The translations under genes were made by a program, and so were the position numbers. A stretch of 64,000 nucleotides of DNA from Patescibacteria group bacterium. GTDB taxonomy: Bacteria; Patescibacteriota; Minisyncoccia; Phycocordibacterales; WO2-35-19. Positions 16,725 to 25,384 of the stretch are shown here, in pieces. Below the pieces are notes generated by a model. The model did not search any database, had not been told where the DNA came from, and saw nothing but the letters and a program-made list of their open reading frames with translations. Location of the stretch: assembly GCA_038056395.1 (NCBI GenBank), contig JBBUFS010000003.1:4344-68343 (forward strand), read 5' to 3'. Each line of letters begins with the position of its first letter. The stretch's first letter is position 1.

Positions 16725-17306
16725 TTAATTAATGGAAAATCTGGCAAATCTTCCTATTTCCATTCTCTCCCCGAATTTTTGGGAAACTTGCTCAACCAGC
16801 GCGCGGATATTAATCTCCGGATTTTTAATGAATATCTGCTCAAGCAAAACCTTCTCTCCAAAATAAGAAGTTAGTTTGCTTTCCAATATTTTCCCTCGAA
16901 TTTCTTCAGGTTTGCCCGTTAAATCTTTTTCAAAAAGCTCTCTGGCCTTAGCCTTATCTTCTTCTTTAATGTCTTCCATTTTCAAATATTCCGGAGCCAA
17001 AGCGGTAACATGCATGGCAATATCTTTAGCTAAGGCTTTGAATTCATCATTGCGGGCCACAAAGTCGGTCTCGCATAAAAGTTCCAGCATAGACCCTACC
17101 GAGCCGTTTCCGTGGATGTAGGAGGCTATAACGCCCGCCCCCAAGGTCCGGCCGGCTTTTTTATCTGCGGTTTGCTTGCTTATTTTGCGCAATATTATCT
17201 TGGCTTTTTCTAAATCTCCCTCGGCCTCCTCCAAAGCTTTTTTGCACTGCATCACAGAGACGCCAGTTTCATCCCTAAGTTTTTTTATTTGATCAGTTGT
17301 TATCAT
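16725..17306 (-). CDS. tsf: Elongation factor Ts
   Basis: MITTDQIKKLRDETGVSVMQCKKALEEAEGDLEKA (UBA-like N-terminus). Start set at ATG 17306, 4 nt after the rpsB stop. Confidence 0.9.
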   Translation of the reverse strand: MITTDQIKKLRDETGVSVMQCKKALEEAEGDLEKAKIILRKISKQTADKKAGRTLGAGVIASYIHGNGSVGSMLELLCETDFVARNDEFKALAKDIAMHVTALAPEYLKMEDIKEEDKAKARELFEKDLTGKPEEIRGKILESKLTSYFGEKVLLEQIFIKNPEINIRALVEQVSQKFGERMEIGRFARFSIN

Positions 17307-17310
17307 AAAT

Positions 17311-18012
17311 TTAAACTGTTTTCTTCCCTTTATTATAACTCTCGGCAATTTTTTCCACAAAAAATCTAATGCTGGCCATATTTGAATCATTAGCCAGAAT
17401 GGGATAATCAATATTCGCAACATTATTATCTGAACCGCACAAAGCAATAACCGGAATATTCAAGTTTTGAGCCTCTCTTAAAGCAGTTTCTTCATATCTA
17501 GGATCAACAATAAAAAGAGCTTTTGGTAAAGCGACCATATCTTTTATACCGCCAAACATTTTTTGCAGTTTTTCTATTTTCTTGTCTATCAAAAGCCTCT
17601 CTTTTTTAGTATATTTTGCCAGCTCCCCTTTTTCTTTTTGAGACAAGAGATTAAGCATCATATCTATCCTTTTCCTTATTTCTGGAAAATTAGTCAGAGT
17701 GCCTCCGATCCAGCGACCGGCCAAATAAGGCATATTTATTTTTTCAGCCGTTTCTTTTATGATCTCTTGAGCTTCATTCTTGCCGCCGACAAAAAGAATA
17801 ACAGAATTAGCCGCCGCCAAGGAAGCAACTAATTCCATGGCTTTGTTTAAAGAATCTTGAGTTTTTTCCAAATCAAAAATATCCACCCTATTTTTAGAGC
17901 CGAATATGTAAGGAACTGCACTGGGATGCCTTCTGGATTTCCCAAACCCAAAATGAGCTCCTACCTTGAAGAGCTCATCCAAATTTTGCTCTGTTTTTAC
18001 TGTCTCTGCCAT
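17311..18012 (-). CDS. rpsB: 30S ribosomal protein S2
   Basis: 233 aa; LFKVGAHFGFGKSRRHP..., conserved rpsB-tsf gene order. Confidence 0.93.
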   Translation of the reverse strand: MAETVKTEQNLDELFKVGAHFGFGKSRRHPSAVPYIFGSKNRVDIFDLEKTQDSLNKAMELVASLAAANSVILFVGGKNEAQEIIKETAEKINMPYLAGRWIGGTLTNFPEIRKRIDMMLNLLSQKEKGELAKYTKKERLLIDKKIEKLQKMFGGIKDMVALPKALFIVDPRYEETALREAQNLNIPVIALCGSDNNVANIDYPILANDSNMASIRFFVEKIAESYNKGKKTV

Positions 18013-18070
18013 ATCTTAAAATCTTATCAAATTTAAAAATTTTAGCAAGTTTTAATTTTATTATTTGTAT

Positions 18071-18106
18071 AAAACAAAAGCCCGTCCTCCTCGCGGATTG
18101 GGGCTT
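18071..18106 (-). terminator. Rho-independent terminator after the 356-aa orphan gene
   Basis: Minus strand AAGCCC-loop-GGGCTTTTGTTTTAT. Confidence 0.55.
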
Positions 18107-18126
18107 CGAGAAACCAGTATTTGGAG

Positions 18127-19197
18127 CTATTTCATTTGCTTTAATACACTCTGTTCTCTATTAACTTGAACCTGATGATACTTTGTTGCTTCTTCTTCCT
18201 TTATACGACAGTTTTTGACGACTTCAGTGAGCTTTGAAACTAGATCGGCGTCATCACTGAATTCGGTCAGCATTGCTTTTGCTGCATGCTTCGTGTTGCT
18301 GTCGTGAACGAAGAACGGATCGATAGTTCTGAAAGCCACATGCCGAGCGAAGCGGTGACGGAGTTCTAGATACTGGCCGCCAGAGAGAATCTTGAGAATT
18401 TTTCCGACATTCCAGTCGTTGAACAAACGCTTTTCACCAATGCCAGACAATCCCAGAACGAAATCAATCTGAAAAGCGAGGAGTTCCGCGCTGTACCTGA
18501 TCGTGCCGTCACTTCCGACTAAAGGAAGCTGAATTTGCTCCACATACCACTGCAGAGCGTTTTCGTGATTTTCCCGCGGCCTCTCTTTGCCCTTTTGTTC
18601 CGCCATGATGATTTCGTGCATTTTGACGGAGGCAGCCCGTTTCCATTTCTCAGGAATTTCTTCATTGAGAATTGGATAGAGCGGGTTGTATCCCGAACAG
18701 TCGTCCATATTGCTGAAAACGACTGGGTCGCGAAGCTCATAGCAACCGAAGACCTCCTCCGCCTCCCGAGAATTTTCGGGTAGGATTGCGAGGAAGTCCA
18801 GAACATATCGGTTGTAGTAAGTCAGTGCCGAGTGAATTTTCTCCTCGTCCGCATATTCACGCGCGACTTCCACATACATTGTGATAAGCCAACGCTCAAA
18901 TTCACGGAGCTTGTCGGGAAGCTCGCTCGATTTGACCGGCCGTTCGGTCAGAAAAAGCAAATTGGTCAAAGAACTGTTGTTTGGCCACTTGAAGGGTAAA
19001 AACTGGAAGTGAGGAACGAGCAGAATTGTGATTGCTCGCATTTTGAACTCATCGCGCACATCCGATTTGATGAGAGTAGCGAGGTCTCGCCATTCTCTTT
19101 GTTTTAAGTCCAACCATGCCTTCCAAATCTTGTCCTCTCGGTCAAGTTGGAGAGAGCGCGACAAAAAAGCTCGCACTATTGAAGCCGATATTCTCAT
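18127..19197 (-). CDS. GC-rich orphan protein, 356 aa, unknown function
   Basis: Long ORF with GGAGGcaaaaATG ribosome-binding site, own promoter and terminator. Visibly higher GC than flanking rpsB and prfA; no motif recognised. Confidence 0.7.
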   Translation of the reverse strand: MRISASIVRAFLSRSLQLDREDKIWKAWLDLKQREWRDLATLIKSDVRDEFKMRAITILLVPHFQFLPFKWPNNSSLTNLLFLTERPVKSSELPDKLREFERWLITMYVEVAREYADEEKIHSALTYYNRYVLDFLAILPENSREAEEVFGCYELRDPVVFSNMDDCSGYNPLYPILNEEIPEKWKRAASVKMHEIIMAEQKGKERPRENHENALQWYVEQIQLPLVGSDGTIRYSAELLAFQIDFVLGLSGIGEKRLFNDWNVGKILKILSGGQYLELRHRFARHVAFRTIDPFFVHDSNTKHAAKAMLTEFSDDADLVSKLTEVVKNCRIKEEEATKYHQVQVNREQSVLKQMK

Positions 19198-19225
19198 TTT
19201 TGCCTCCTATGGCAAGTCTGGCGGA

Positions 19226-19254
19226 AAGATACTACATTTACTTGAAAGCGTCAA
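19226..19254 (-). promoter_or_regulatory. Sigma70-like promoter for the 356-aa orphan gene
   Basis: Minus strand TTGACG (19254-19249), 17-nt spacer, TATCTT (19231-19226). Confidence 0.45.
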
Positions 19255-19265
19255 TGATACAACTA

Positions 19266-19544
19266 TTACCCAAACAAATCAGAGTGACTGCCGATATTTA
19301 CAAGTATTAAAATGAGGTAATCTTTTTCTATTTTATAGATTAATAACAAATTTGGTTTAATGTGACATTCTCTTGAATTTTTCATTTTCCCAGATAATTG
19401 GTGGTCTTTATGTCTTTCTTCTAATTTTTCTCCTCTGGCAAGGGTATCAATAATATTTTTAACTGCTTCTGCATCAAATTTTCCAGACCTTGCATATTTT
19501 TTTAAGGACTTTCTAAATTTACTTGTCTTTCTGATCTTATACAT
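19266..19544 (-). CDS. yafQ: Type II toxin, YafQ/RelE-family mRNA interferase
   Basis: 92 aa; KFRKSLKKYARSGKFD...HKDHQLSG...ECHIKPNLLLIYKIE typical YafQ pattern. Confidence 0.8.
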   Translation of the reverse strand: MYKIRKTSKFRKSLKKYARSGKFDAEAVKNIIDTLARGEKLEERHKDHQLSGKMKNSRECHIKPNLLLIYKIEKDYLILILVNIGSHSDLFG

Positions 19545-19545
19545 C

Positions 19546-19818
19546 TTAATTTTTCAAAATATCATCAAAAAGTTTTTCAGCAGAATCATATGACTTTCCG
19601 TGTTTTAATGCCCAGTTCGTTTCCCTAATCATCTCTTCTTCTTGTTCTATGGTAAATCCATTTTCAGTTCTGATTCTGAATGGAATAGATTTTGTATTGA
19701 GTATTTGTTTAAAAAACATTTTTACACTAGAAGAAACATCCAAACCCATCTTTTTGAGCTCTTTACTAGTATCTTCTTTTAACTTTTTATCTATTCTTAT
19801 GCTTAATGTGGAATTCAT
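19546..19818 (-). CDS. dinJ: Type II antitoxin, DinJ/RelB family
   Basis: Start set at MNSTLSIRIDKKLKEDTSKELKKMGLDVSSSVKMFFKQIL (RHH fold); directly upstream of the toxin. Confidence 0.75.
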   Translation of the reverse strand: MNSTLSIRIDKKLKEDTSKELKKMGLDVSSSVKMFFKQILNTKSIPFRIRTENGFTIEQEEEMIRETNWALKHGKSYDSAEKLFDDILKN

Positions 19819-19870
19819 ATTATTATGATTATTTAATAATACCTTCAGTATATACAATGTAATTACATTG

Positions 19871-20749
19871 TCAAGCAGTCTTAAAAGCATCAATAATACC
19901 GCCTATCTGGCCTTTCATGATATTTTCAATGCCATGCCAATTTTTATTTAACCGATGATCGGTTACTCTGTCTTGAAGGACATTGTAGGTTCTGATTTTT
20001 TCTGACCGGTCGGCTAAACCAACTTGTTTTTTGCGATTAGCGGCATATTTGCTGTCCTCTTCCGCTCTTTGTTTTTGTTCAAGTTTGGCCGAAAGAATCA
20101 TTAGAGCTATTTCTTTATTAGCGCTCTGACTTCTTTCAGATGTTGAACGCACCGTAAGGCCGGTTGGTTTGTGAGTCAAACGAACCGCGGTTTCTACTTT
20201 GTTTACATTTTGGCCACCCTTGCCTCCAGAGCGAGAGAACTCAACTTCCAAATCGGCTGGATTTATTTCAAATTTTGTTTTCTTGCGAATTGGCAATATG
20301 GCTACCGAGGCGGTGGAAGTATGAACCCTTCCCATTTTTTCAGTTTTAGGCACTCTCTGTATCCTGTGAATGCCTGTTTCGTATCGTAATTTTTTATAAA
20401 CATCTTTGCCCCGTATTTCAAAACTAGCTTCTTTATAGCCACCCAAAGGCGATTCGGCCTCATCTACAATTGAAACAGACCATCCCTTTGAATCAGCGTA
20501 TTTACGATACATGTTAGCCAGTTCTTCCGCAAAAAGAGCGGCTTCTTCCCCGCCTACGCCCGCCCTTACTTCAAGCACTATTTCATTAGGAAACTCTTCA
20601 TCCTCCACTGGCCCATCTTCCAAAATCTCGTCCATTTGTTTTATTAAAACTTCCTGCGTCAAAATATCAACTCCTTCTTTGATTAGTCGCTCTAAACTTT
20701 CTGCCAAATATTTGGTCTTGGGATTTGATTTATATTTTGAGAGATCCAT
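19871..20749 (-). CDS. prfA: Peptide chain release factor 1 (short N-terminal domain)
   Basis: RVPKTE (PxT tripeptide), [20 protein letters not shown] (GGQ), [14 protein letters not shown]; 292 aa. Confidence 0.88.
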   Translation of the reverse strand: MDLSKYKSNPKTKYLAESLERLIKEGVDILTQEVLIKQMDEILEDGPVEDEEFPNEIVLEVRAGVGGEEAALFAEELANMYRKYADSKGWSVSIVDEAESPLGGYKEASFEIRGKDVYKKLRYETGIHRIQRVPKTEKMGRVHTSTASVAILPIRKKTKFEINPADLEVEFSRSGGKGGQNVNKVETAVRLTHKPTGLTVRSTSERSQSANKEIALMILSAKLEQKQRAEEDSKYAANRKKQVGLADRSEKIRTYNVLQDRVTDHRLNKNWHGIENIMKGQIGGIIDAFKTA

Positions 20750-20976
20750 TACTTTTTCTTTGAGACTTTTGGTTTGGCGGCAGCTCTTTTGGCTCTGAAT
20801 CTCTCTACTCGGCCGGCGGCGTCAATCACTTTTTCATTGCCGGTAAAAAATGGGTGGCAAGCGCTACAAATTTCCACCTTTATTTCTTTTTGAGTGGAAC
20901 CAACAGTAAATTTATTACCGCAAGAGCAGCTTACTTTGGCGTCGCTATAATATTGCGGGTGTATTTCTGTTTTCAT
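20749..20976 (-). CDS. rpmE: 50S ribosomal protein L31
   Basis: [23 protein letters not shown]...[10 protein letters not shown]; TAATG overlap with prfA. Confidence 0.92.
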   Translation of the reverse strand: MKTEIHPQYYSDAKVSCSCGNKFTVGSTQKEIKVEICSACHPFFTGNEKVIDAAGRVERFRAKRAAAKPKVSKKK

Positions 20977-21004
20977 GTTTTTAATATAACATATTTAAAT
21001 TTTT

Positions 21005-21224
21005 ACACAAATACGAAAGGCCGCTGTCTGATGTTTTGTGTCCGGAGACACCATCAAGTCGCGGCCCTTTCTGGCTAGGCACTAGCCCGCTTTTTACCGG
21101 GAAAAACAGAGTCACCAGTCCCCGGCCTTTCTTGGTGACCTTTACTTGCCGGCGTAAGTCTGCCGGCAAGACACGAAAAGAAAAATCTTTCTGATAAAAT
21201 CCTCCTTTCACGTCTAAGCTTCTA
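21005..21224 (-). ncRNA. Candidate structured RNA or long 5' leader of rpmE-prfA, class unknown
   Basis: Five GC-rich hairpins at 21019-21066, 21074-21086, 21086-21101, 21111-21139 and 21145-21170. They are closed by 21013-21020 pairing with 21204-21214, downstream of a consensus promoter. Confidence 0.45.
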
Positions 21225-21230
21225 AAGGAA

Positions 21231-21259
21231 AGCATATCAATATGCACCATTTTTGTCAA
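21231..21259 (-). promoter_or_regulatory. Sigma70-like promoter TTGACA-17-TATGCT
   Basis: Minus strand TTGACA (21259-21254), 17-nt spacer, TATGCT (21236-21231). Confidence 0.5.
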
Positions 21260-21346
21260 CAAAATGTTACATTAAAATAATTTAAATTGGGGATATCTAA
21301 AAAAAGCTTTATTTTAAGCCATTATTTTATTACCATTTTTTATTGA

Positions 21347-22729
21347 CTAAAATCCTTCCAGTGGGTCAATCATTGTCAGCTGGATATTTTCAGCTTTGGC
21401 GAGCACTTGAGTGCCATAAAACGAATTGGCTGGTTTTTTGCTGTCGCAAGAACGGCCAGAGTAATATCTGCAAGCAGCATTGCGTTCGGCTGTATATCCC
21501 CCACCTGAAGCGCCTAAGTCCGCCATATAAACAGCAGTAGCCAATATGGCATGTTCAGGATTCCAAGGATTTATATCATTTGCATTGAGCCCCAAATTGT
21601 TGCCAAGGCGGTCTTTAAAAAGTTCCCAGGTGGAGGGGATAAATTGGGAAGGCCCCATGCCTCCGCCATAACCGCGGCTGGAGCTCCATTTAGTGCCCGG
21701 AGGGCAGGAAACAGGCGTCATTTTCCAATCTTTACCAAGCCGGCTAGTTATATTTTTAAAAGGTTCGGTATCTCGCGGAGCTTTCATTACCTTTTCAAAA
21801 AAAGTGCCAGTATTTTTACCAGTCCCATCCCCAGTATCTAAATTATTAACTAAACAGGAACCCTGGTTTTTGCCCAAATCGGATTCTTGGGTGAGAATAG
21901 CCAAAATAAGGGCTGGGCGAACGCCAGTTTTTCCTGACGCTAAAGCGGCATATTTGAGAGCGTCGCCAAAAGGAATACCTTCAGTGTCGCGCAAAGAAAA
22001 AAGAGCAGCCCTGATTTGAGCGGCCTTTTTCTCTTTTTCCGCGATTACCTGCTGGTAAGTTTTTTCCTGAGTCTTATTTATTTTTATGAGAGTCTGCTTC
22101 TCTTTTTCATTTTGCTCTACCCTCCTTTTTTCTTCTTCTATTTTGGCTTTGGTATCCGCTTCGGCGGTCCTTTTTTCATCAAGAATTTTTCTCTCACCAT
22201 CAGTCTTTGCCTGCAACGCTCTTATTTCGTTAAACTGCTCTTCCAGAGAATTTTTTATGGAATTGTAGGAATCTATATCTTCAAAAAATTTGGATAAATT
22301 TTTATTGGAAAGCATTACTTCTACCAGAGAATACGAATCTAACTCGTTGGTTGACCTTAAAATTCCAGCCAACGATTCTTTGCCCCGGTTCATTTTCTCT
22401 TCAAGTTCATTGATGGTTTTGGTCTTCAGTCCGATGTCGCGGGTCAGCTGTTCAATTTGAATCTGCCTTTTCTTTATAAAAGCTTTTGCCTCGCTTATTT
22501 TTGCCTGCAAAATAACCGCGTCTCTTTCCAGCGAAGCGGTGCCTTTTTTTGTCTGGGATAATACCGATTCCCATTGGGCGATTTCTTTTTCAGTGGTTTC
22601 CAGCTCGCTTCGCCATTTGGCTTCCTGCTCGGCAATTTGCTGTTCTGTCAGAGCATAAGCGAAATTGAAAACCAAAAATTGAAAATTGAAAATTATAGTA
22701 AAAATAAAAATAAAACTGCATTTTTTCAT
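21347..22729 (-). CDS. Secreted coiled-coil protein with C-terminal MltB/SLT-like lytic transglycosylase domain
   Basis: 460 aa; signal peptide, about 230 aa coiled coil, then ILAILTQESDLG ... GPSQFIPSTW. Confidence 0.65.
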   Translation of the reverse strand: MKKCSFIFIFTIIFNFQFLVFNFAYALTEQQIAEQEAKWRSELETTEKEIAQWESVLSQTKKGTASLERDAVILQAKISEAKAFIKKRQIQIEQLTRDIGLKTKTINELEEKMNRGKESLAGILRSTNELDSYSLVEVMLSNKNLSKFFEDIDSYNSIKNSLEEQFNEIRALQAKTDGERKILDEKRTAEADTKAKIEEEKRRVEQNEKEKQTLIKINKTQEKTYQQVIAEKEKKAAQIRAALFSLRDTEGIPFGDALKYAALASGKTGVRPALILAILTQESDLGKNQGSCLVNNLDTGDGTGKNTGTFFEKVMKAPRDTEPFKNITSRLGKDWKMTPVSCPPGTKWSSSRGYGGGMGPSQFIPSTWELFKDRLGNNLGLNANDINPWNPEHAILATAVYMADLGASGGGYTAERNAACRYYSGRSCDSKKPANSFYGTQVLAKAENIQLTMIDPLEGF

Positions 22730-22749
22730 ACATTTTCATTATAACAAAT

Positions 22750-23430
22750 TTATTCTTTTGGAGCTTCCTTCGGCTCGCTGGAGCTTTCAGCGGAGGCGGC
22801 TTCATCTTTTTTGCCTTTCTTTTCAACTTCTATTTGAGTTAGGTCAGGAACAACTTCTTCAACTTTTTCTTCAGCTTTTGGAGTAGCTACTGTAACAATT
22901 ACTTCCTCCGGATTTTCCATCAGTTCAACCCCTTTAGGCATAACAATATCTTTGGCCAAAATTTGGCCTTCCAGTTCAGTAATAGGAGAAATGTCAACTT
23001 CAATCTGATGCGGCAAATTTGAAGGTTCAGCTTTGACCTTAATTTCATGCAAAATTTTCATAAGCACTCCGCCCAGATCTTTCACCGCAGGGGAAATACC
23101 GATAAATTCAAGCGGCACTGCAATTTCAACCTCATGCCCTTTTTCAAATATATAAAAGTCGGCATGCCGCGGCTCGTCCGTTATTGGGTCTAAATCCACA
23201 TCATGAATAAGAGCTTCTAATTCGCCGTCCGCAGTATCTAACTTAATGACTGTGGATTCTCCCGCATTTTTCCAGGCTTTTAAAAATTCATTCTTTTTTA
23301 TTTGAATGGGAGTGGATTCTTTTTTGTGTCCATAATAAACAGCAGGCATTAACCCAGTTTTCCTCAAGCTTTCTAATTTTCCTATTTTTTGTCTTTTGTC
23401 AGCTTTTAATGTGATGGTCATGGGGACCAT
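22750..23430 (-). CDS. rplY: 50S ribosomal protein L25/Ctc
   Basis: LKADKRQKIGKLESLRKTGLMPAVYYG...; long form with acidic C-terminal tail. Confidence 0.85.
   Translation of the reverse strand: MVPMTITLKADKRQKIGKLESLRKTGLMPAVYYGHKKESTPIQIKKNEFLKAWKNAGESTVIKLDTADGELEALIHDVDLDPITDEPRHADFYIFEKGHEVEIAVPLEFIGISPAVKDLGGVLMKILHEIKVKAEPSNLPHQIEVDISPITELEGQILAKDIVMPKGVELMENPEEVIVTVATPKAEEKVEEVVPDLTQIEVEKKGKKDEAASAESSSEPKEAPKE
22775..22800. repeat. Family-B-like repeat in the rplY C-terminal tail
   Basis: CGCTGGAGCTTTCAGCGGAGGCGG versus CGCCGGAGCTTTGAGCGAAGGCGG in gap (30758-30781). Confidence 0.5.
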
Positions 23431-23437
23431 CCTAACA

Positions 23438-24322
23438 TTAAAAATTTAAACCTGCAAACAACGCCATTCTTTTTTCCACCACCGCTTGCATGGCGTCGCG
23501 GGCGGGACGGAGATATTTATAGGGAGCGAGCTCGTCTGGATTTTCAGAGAGTGATTTTTGCAGGCCTTGTTTATAAGCCAGACGCAATTCTGTGTTTATG
23601 TGAATTATTGAAATGCCAGCGGCAATAGCTTGTTTAAATTCCTCATCAGTTATACCAGAGCCGCCATGCAAAACCAAAGGCACCCCGCAAGCCTCGCGAA
23701 TATTTTTTATTCTCTCTATATCCAATTTTTCAAAATTAATATTTAGATTTTTAGCCATACCGTGAATATTCCCCACTGCCGGAGCAAAAAGGTCTATCCC
23801 TGTTTCTTTAACAAATTTGGCGGCTTCTTCTGGTTCAGTGAATACATATTCCGAAGAAGAAGCGCCTTCTGGTACTTTATCCCAAACTTTTGACGACTTG
23901 CCTATAAAACCAAGTTCGGCTTCTATTAAAATTTCAGGATTTTTTAAATTTCGGTATTCAATTACCTCTTTTGTTGTTTTTAAATTTTCTTCAAAACTTT
24001 TTTCAGCCTCATCGATGATTACAGAATCAAAACCGGCGTCTATCACTTCCTTAGCTCTCTCAAAAGAATAAGTATGATCGGCGTTTAAAAATACAGGAAT
24101 GTCTCGGTCACCCTCGACACCTACGCTCTTTACAAGAGCTACGGCTTGTTTTATGCCTATAAAATCTCTTTCGCCTTCCGAAACTCCTATTATCACGGGC
24201 AAATCCAATTTCTTGGCCGCGTTCACAACTGCCCAAAACCCTTCAGTATTTGAAATATTAAAATGCCCAATGGCTGTCTTTTTCTCCTCAGCTTCTTTTA
24301 TATATTCGCGCAAGGTTTTCAT
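23438..24322 (-). CDS. fba: Class II fructose-bisphosphate aldolase
   Basis: HFNISN, NADHT, LVLHGGSG motifs. ATG 24322 is preferred (GATAAT 8 nt upstream); alternative GTG at 24328. Confidence 0.9.
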   Translation of the reverse strand: MKTLREYIKEAEEKKTAIGHFNISNTEGFWAVVNAAKKLDLPVIIGVSEGERDFIGIKQAVALVKSVGVEGDRDIPVFLNADHTYSFERAKEVIDAGFDSVIIDEAEKSFEENLKTTKEVIEYRNLKNPEILIEAELGFIGKSSKVWDKVPEGASSSEYVFTEPEEAAKFVKETGIDLFAPAVGNIHGMAKNLNINFEKLDIERIKNIREACGVPLVLHGGSGITDEEFKQAIAAGISIIHINTELRLAYKQGLQKSLSENPDELAPYKYLRPARDAMQAVVEKRMALFAGLNF

Positions 24323-24368
24323 ATCCACATATTATCATATTTTTATTTTTTAAAAATTTCTATCAGTG

Positions 24369-24374
24369 TATAAT
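24369..24374 (+). promoter_or_regulatory. -10 TATAAT 7 nt upstream of ATG 24382 (leaderless-type)
   Basis: TATAAT-tgtgtgt-ATG. Confidence 0.5.
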
Positions 24375-24381
24375 TGTGTGT

Positions 24382-25368
24382 ATGGATTTTATTTCCATCG
24401 GCGATATCACCACTGATGCTTTTATTCGGCTGAAAGACGCTAAAATTATTTGTGACCCCGGCGGCAAAAAATGCGAATTGGCTTTAAGATTTGGTGATAA
24501 AGTGCCTTATGAGTTTGTGGAAGAAGTAAGAGCAGTCGGCAATAGCGCCAACGCCGCGGTTTGCGCCGCCAGATTGGGGCTTGATTCGGCCATGGTCACG
24601 AATGTCGGCGATGACCATAATGGCCACGAATGCATCGCTACCCTCCGCAAAAACGGCGTGGCGAGCTATTTTGTTTCTGTCCAAAAAGATAAGGAAACTA
24701 ATTATCACTATGTTTTATGGTTTGAAGAAGACCGCACCATTTTGGTTAAACATCACGAATATGATTACAAACTGCCTGATATTGGTGTGCCAAAATGGAT
24801 TTATCTTTCTTCCATCGGAGAAAACTCTTTGGAATATCATAAACAAATTGAAGAATATTTAAGAAAAAACCAAGAAGTAAAATTTGCTTTTCAGCCCGGC
24901 ACTTTTCAGATTAAAATGGGAATTGAAAACCTGAAGGATTTATATAGTCGCTGTGATATATTTTTTTGCAATATAGAGGAAGCTAAAAAAATTTTAAATA
25001 AACCAGACGAATCAGATGTTAAGAATTTACTGAGAGAAATGCATAATATAGGTCCTAATGTTGTAGTTATCACCGATGGTCCCAAAGGCGCTTACGCCTA
25101 TGATGGTTATGAAGGATTTTTTATGCCGCCTTTCCCCGATGCCAAACCTCCTTACGACCGCACCGGCGCGGGGGATGCTTTTTCTGCCACTTTTACCTCA
25201 GCCATTGCCTTGGATAAATCTTTATTTGATGCATTTTTGTGGGCTCCGGTCAATTCAATGTCCGTTGTCCAATATGTCGGCGCCCAAAAAGGCCTACTTT
25301 CTCAAGAAGACATTCTAAAATGGCTTTCCCAAGCTCCGCAGGATTATAGGCCGCAGAAGATTATGTAA
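24382..25368 (+). CDS. PfkB-family carbohydrate kinase
   Basis: ISIGDITTDAF..., DRTGAGDAF anion-hole motif near the C-terminus. Confidence 0.85.
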   Translation: MDFISIGDITTDAFIRLKDAKIICDPGGKKCELALRFGDKVPYEFVEEVRAVGNSANAAVCAARLGLDSAMVTNVGDDHNGHECIATLRKNGVASYFVSVQKDKETNYHYVLWFEEDRTILVKHHEYDYKLPDIGVPKWIYLSSIGENSLEYHKQIEEYLRKNQEVKFAFQPGTFQIKMGIENLKDLYSRCDIFFCNIEEAKKILNKPDESDVKNLLREMHNIGPNVVVITDGPKGAYAYDGYEGFFMPPFPDAKPPYDRTGAGDAFSATFTSAIALDKSLFDAFLWAPVNSMSVVQYVGAQKGLLSQEDILKWLSQAPQDYRPQKIM

Positions 25369-25384
25369 CTCACTCCACTTTTTC

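Noticed and set aside
21005-21224. Identity as RNase P RNA, SRP RNA, tmRNA or 6S RNA
   Set aside because: - No GAGGAAAGUCC or ACAGAA..GGCUUA (RNase P).
- No GGAA tetraloop with AGCA/GGAAGCAGC (SRP).
- No tRNA-like ends (tmRNA).
- Branched rather than a rod with a central bubble (6S).

This was judged by eye only; cmscan would be decisive.
20981-21262. 93-aa minus-strand ORF upstream of rpmE
   Set aside because: It coincides with the hairpin-rich region. There is no SD and no leaderless-type start, and the composition is arbitrary. It is treated as RNA, not CDS.
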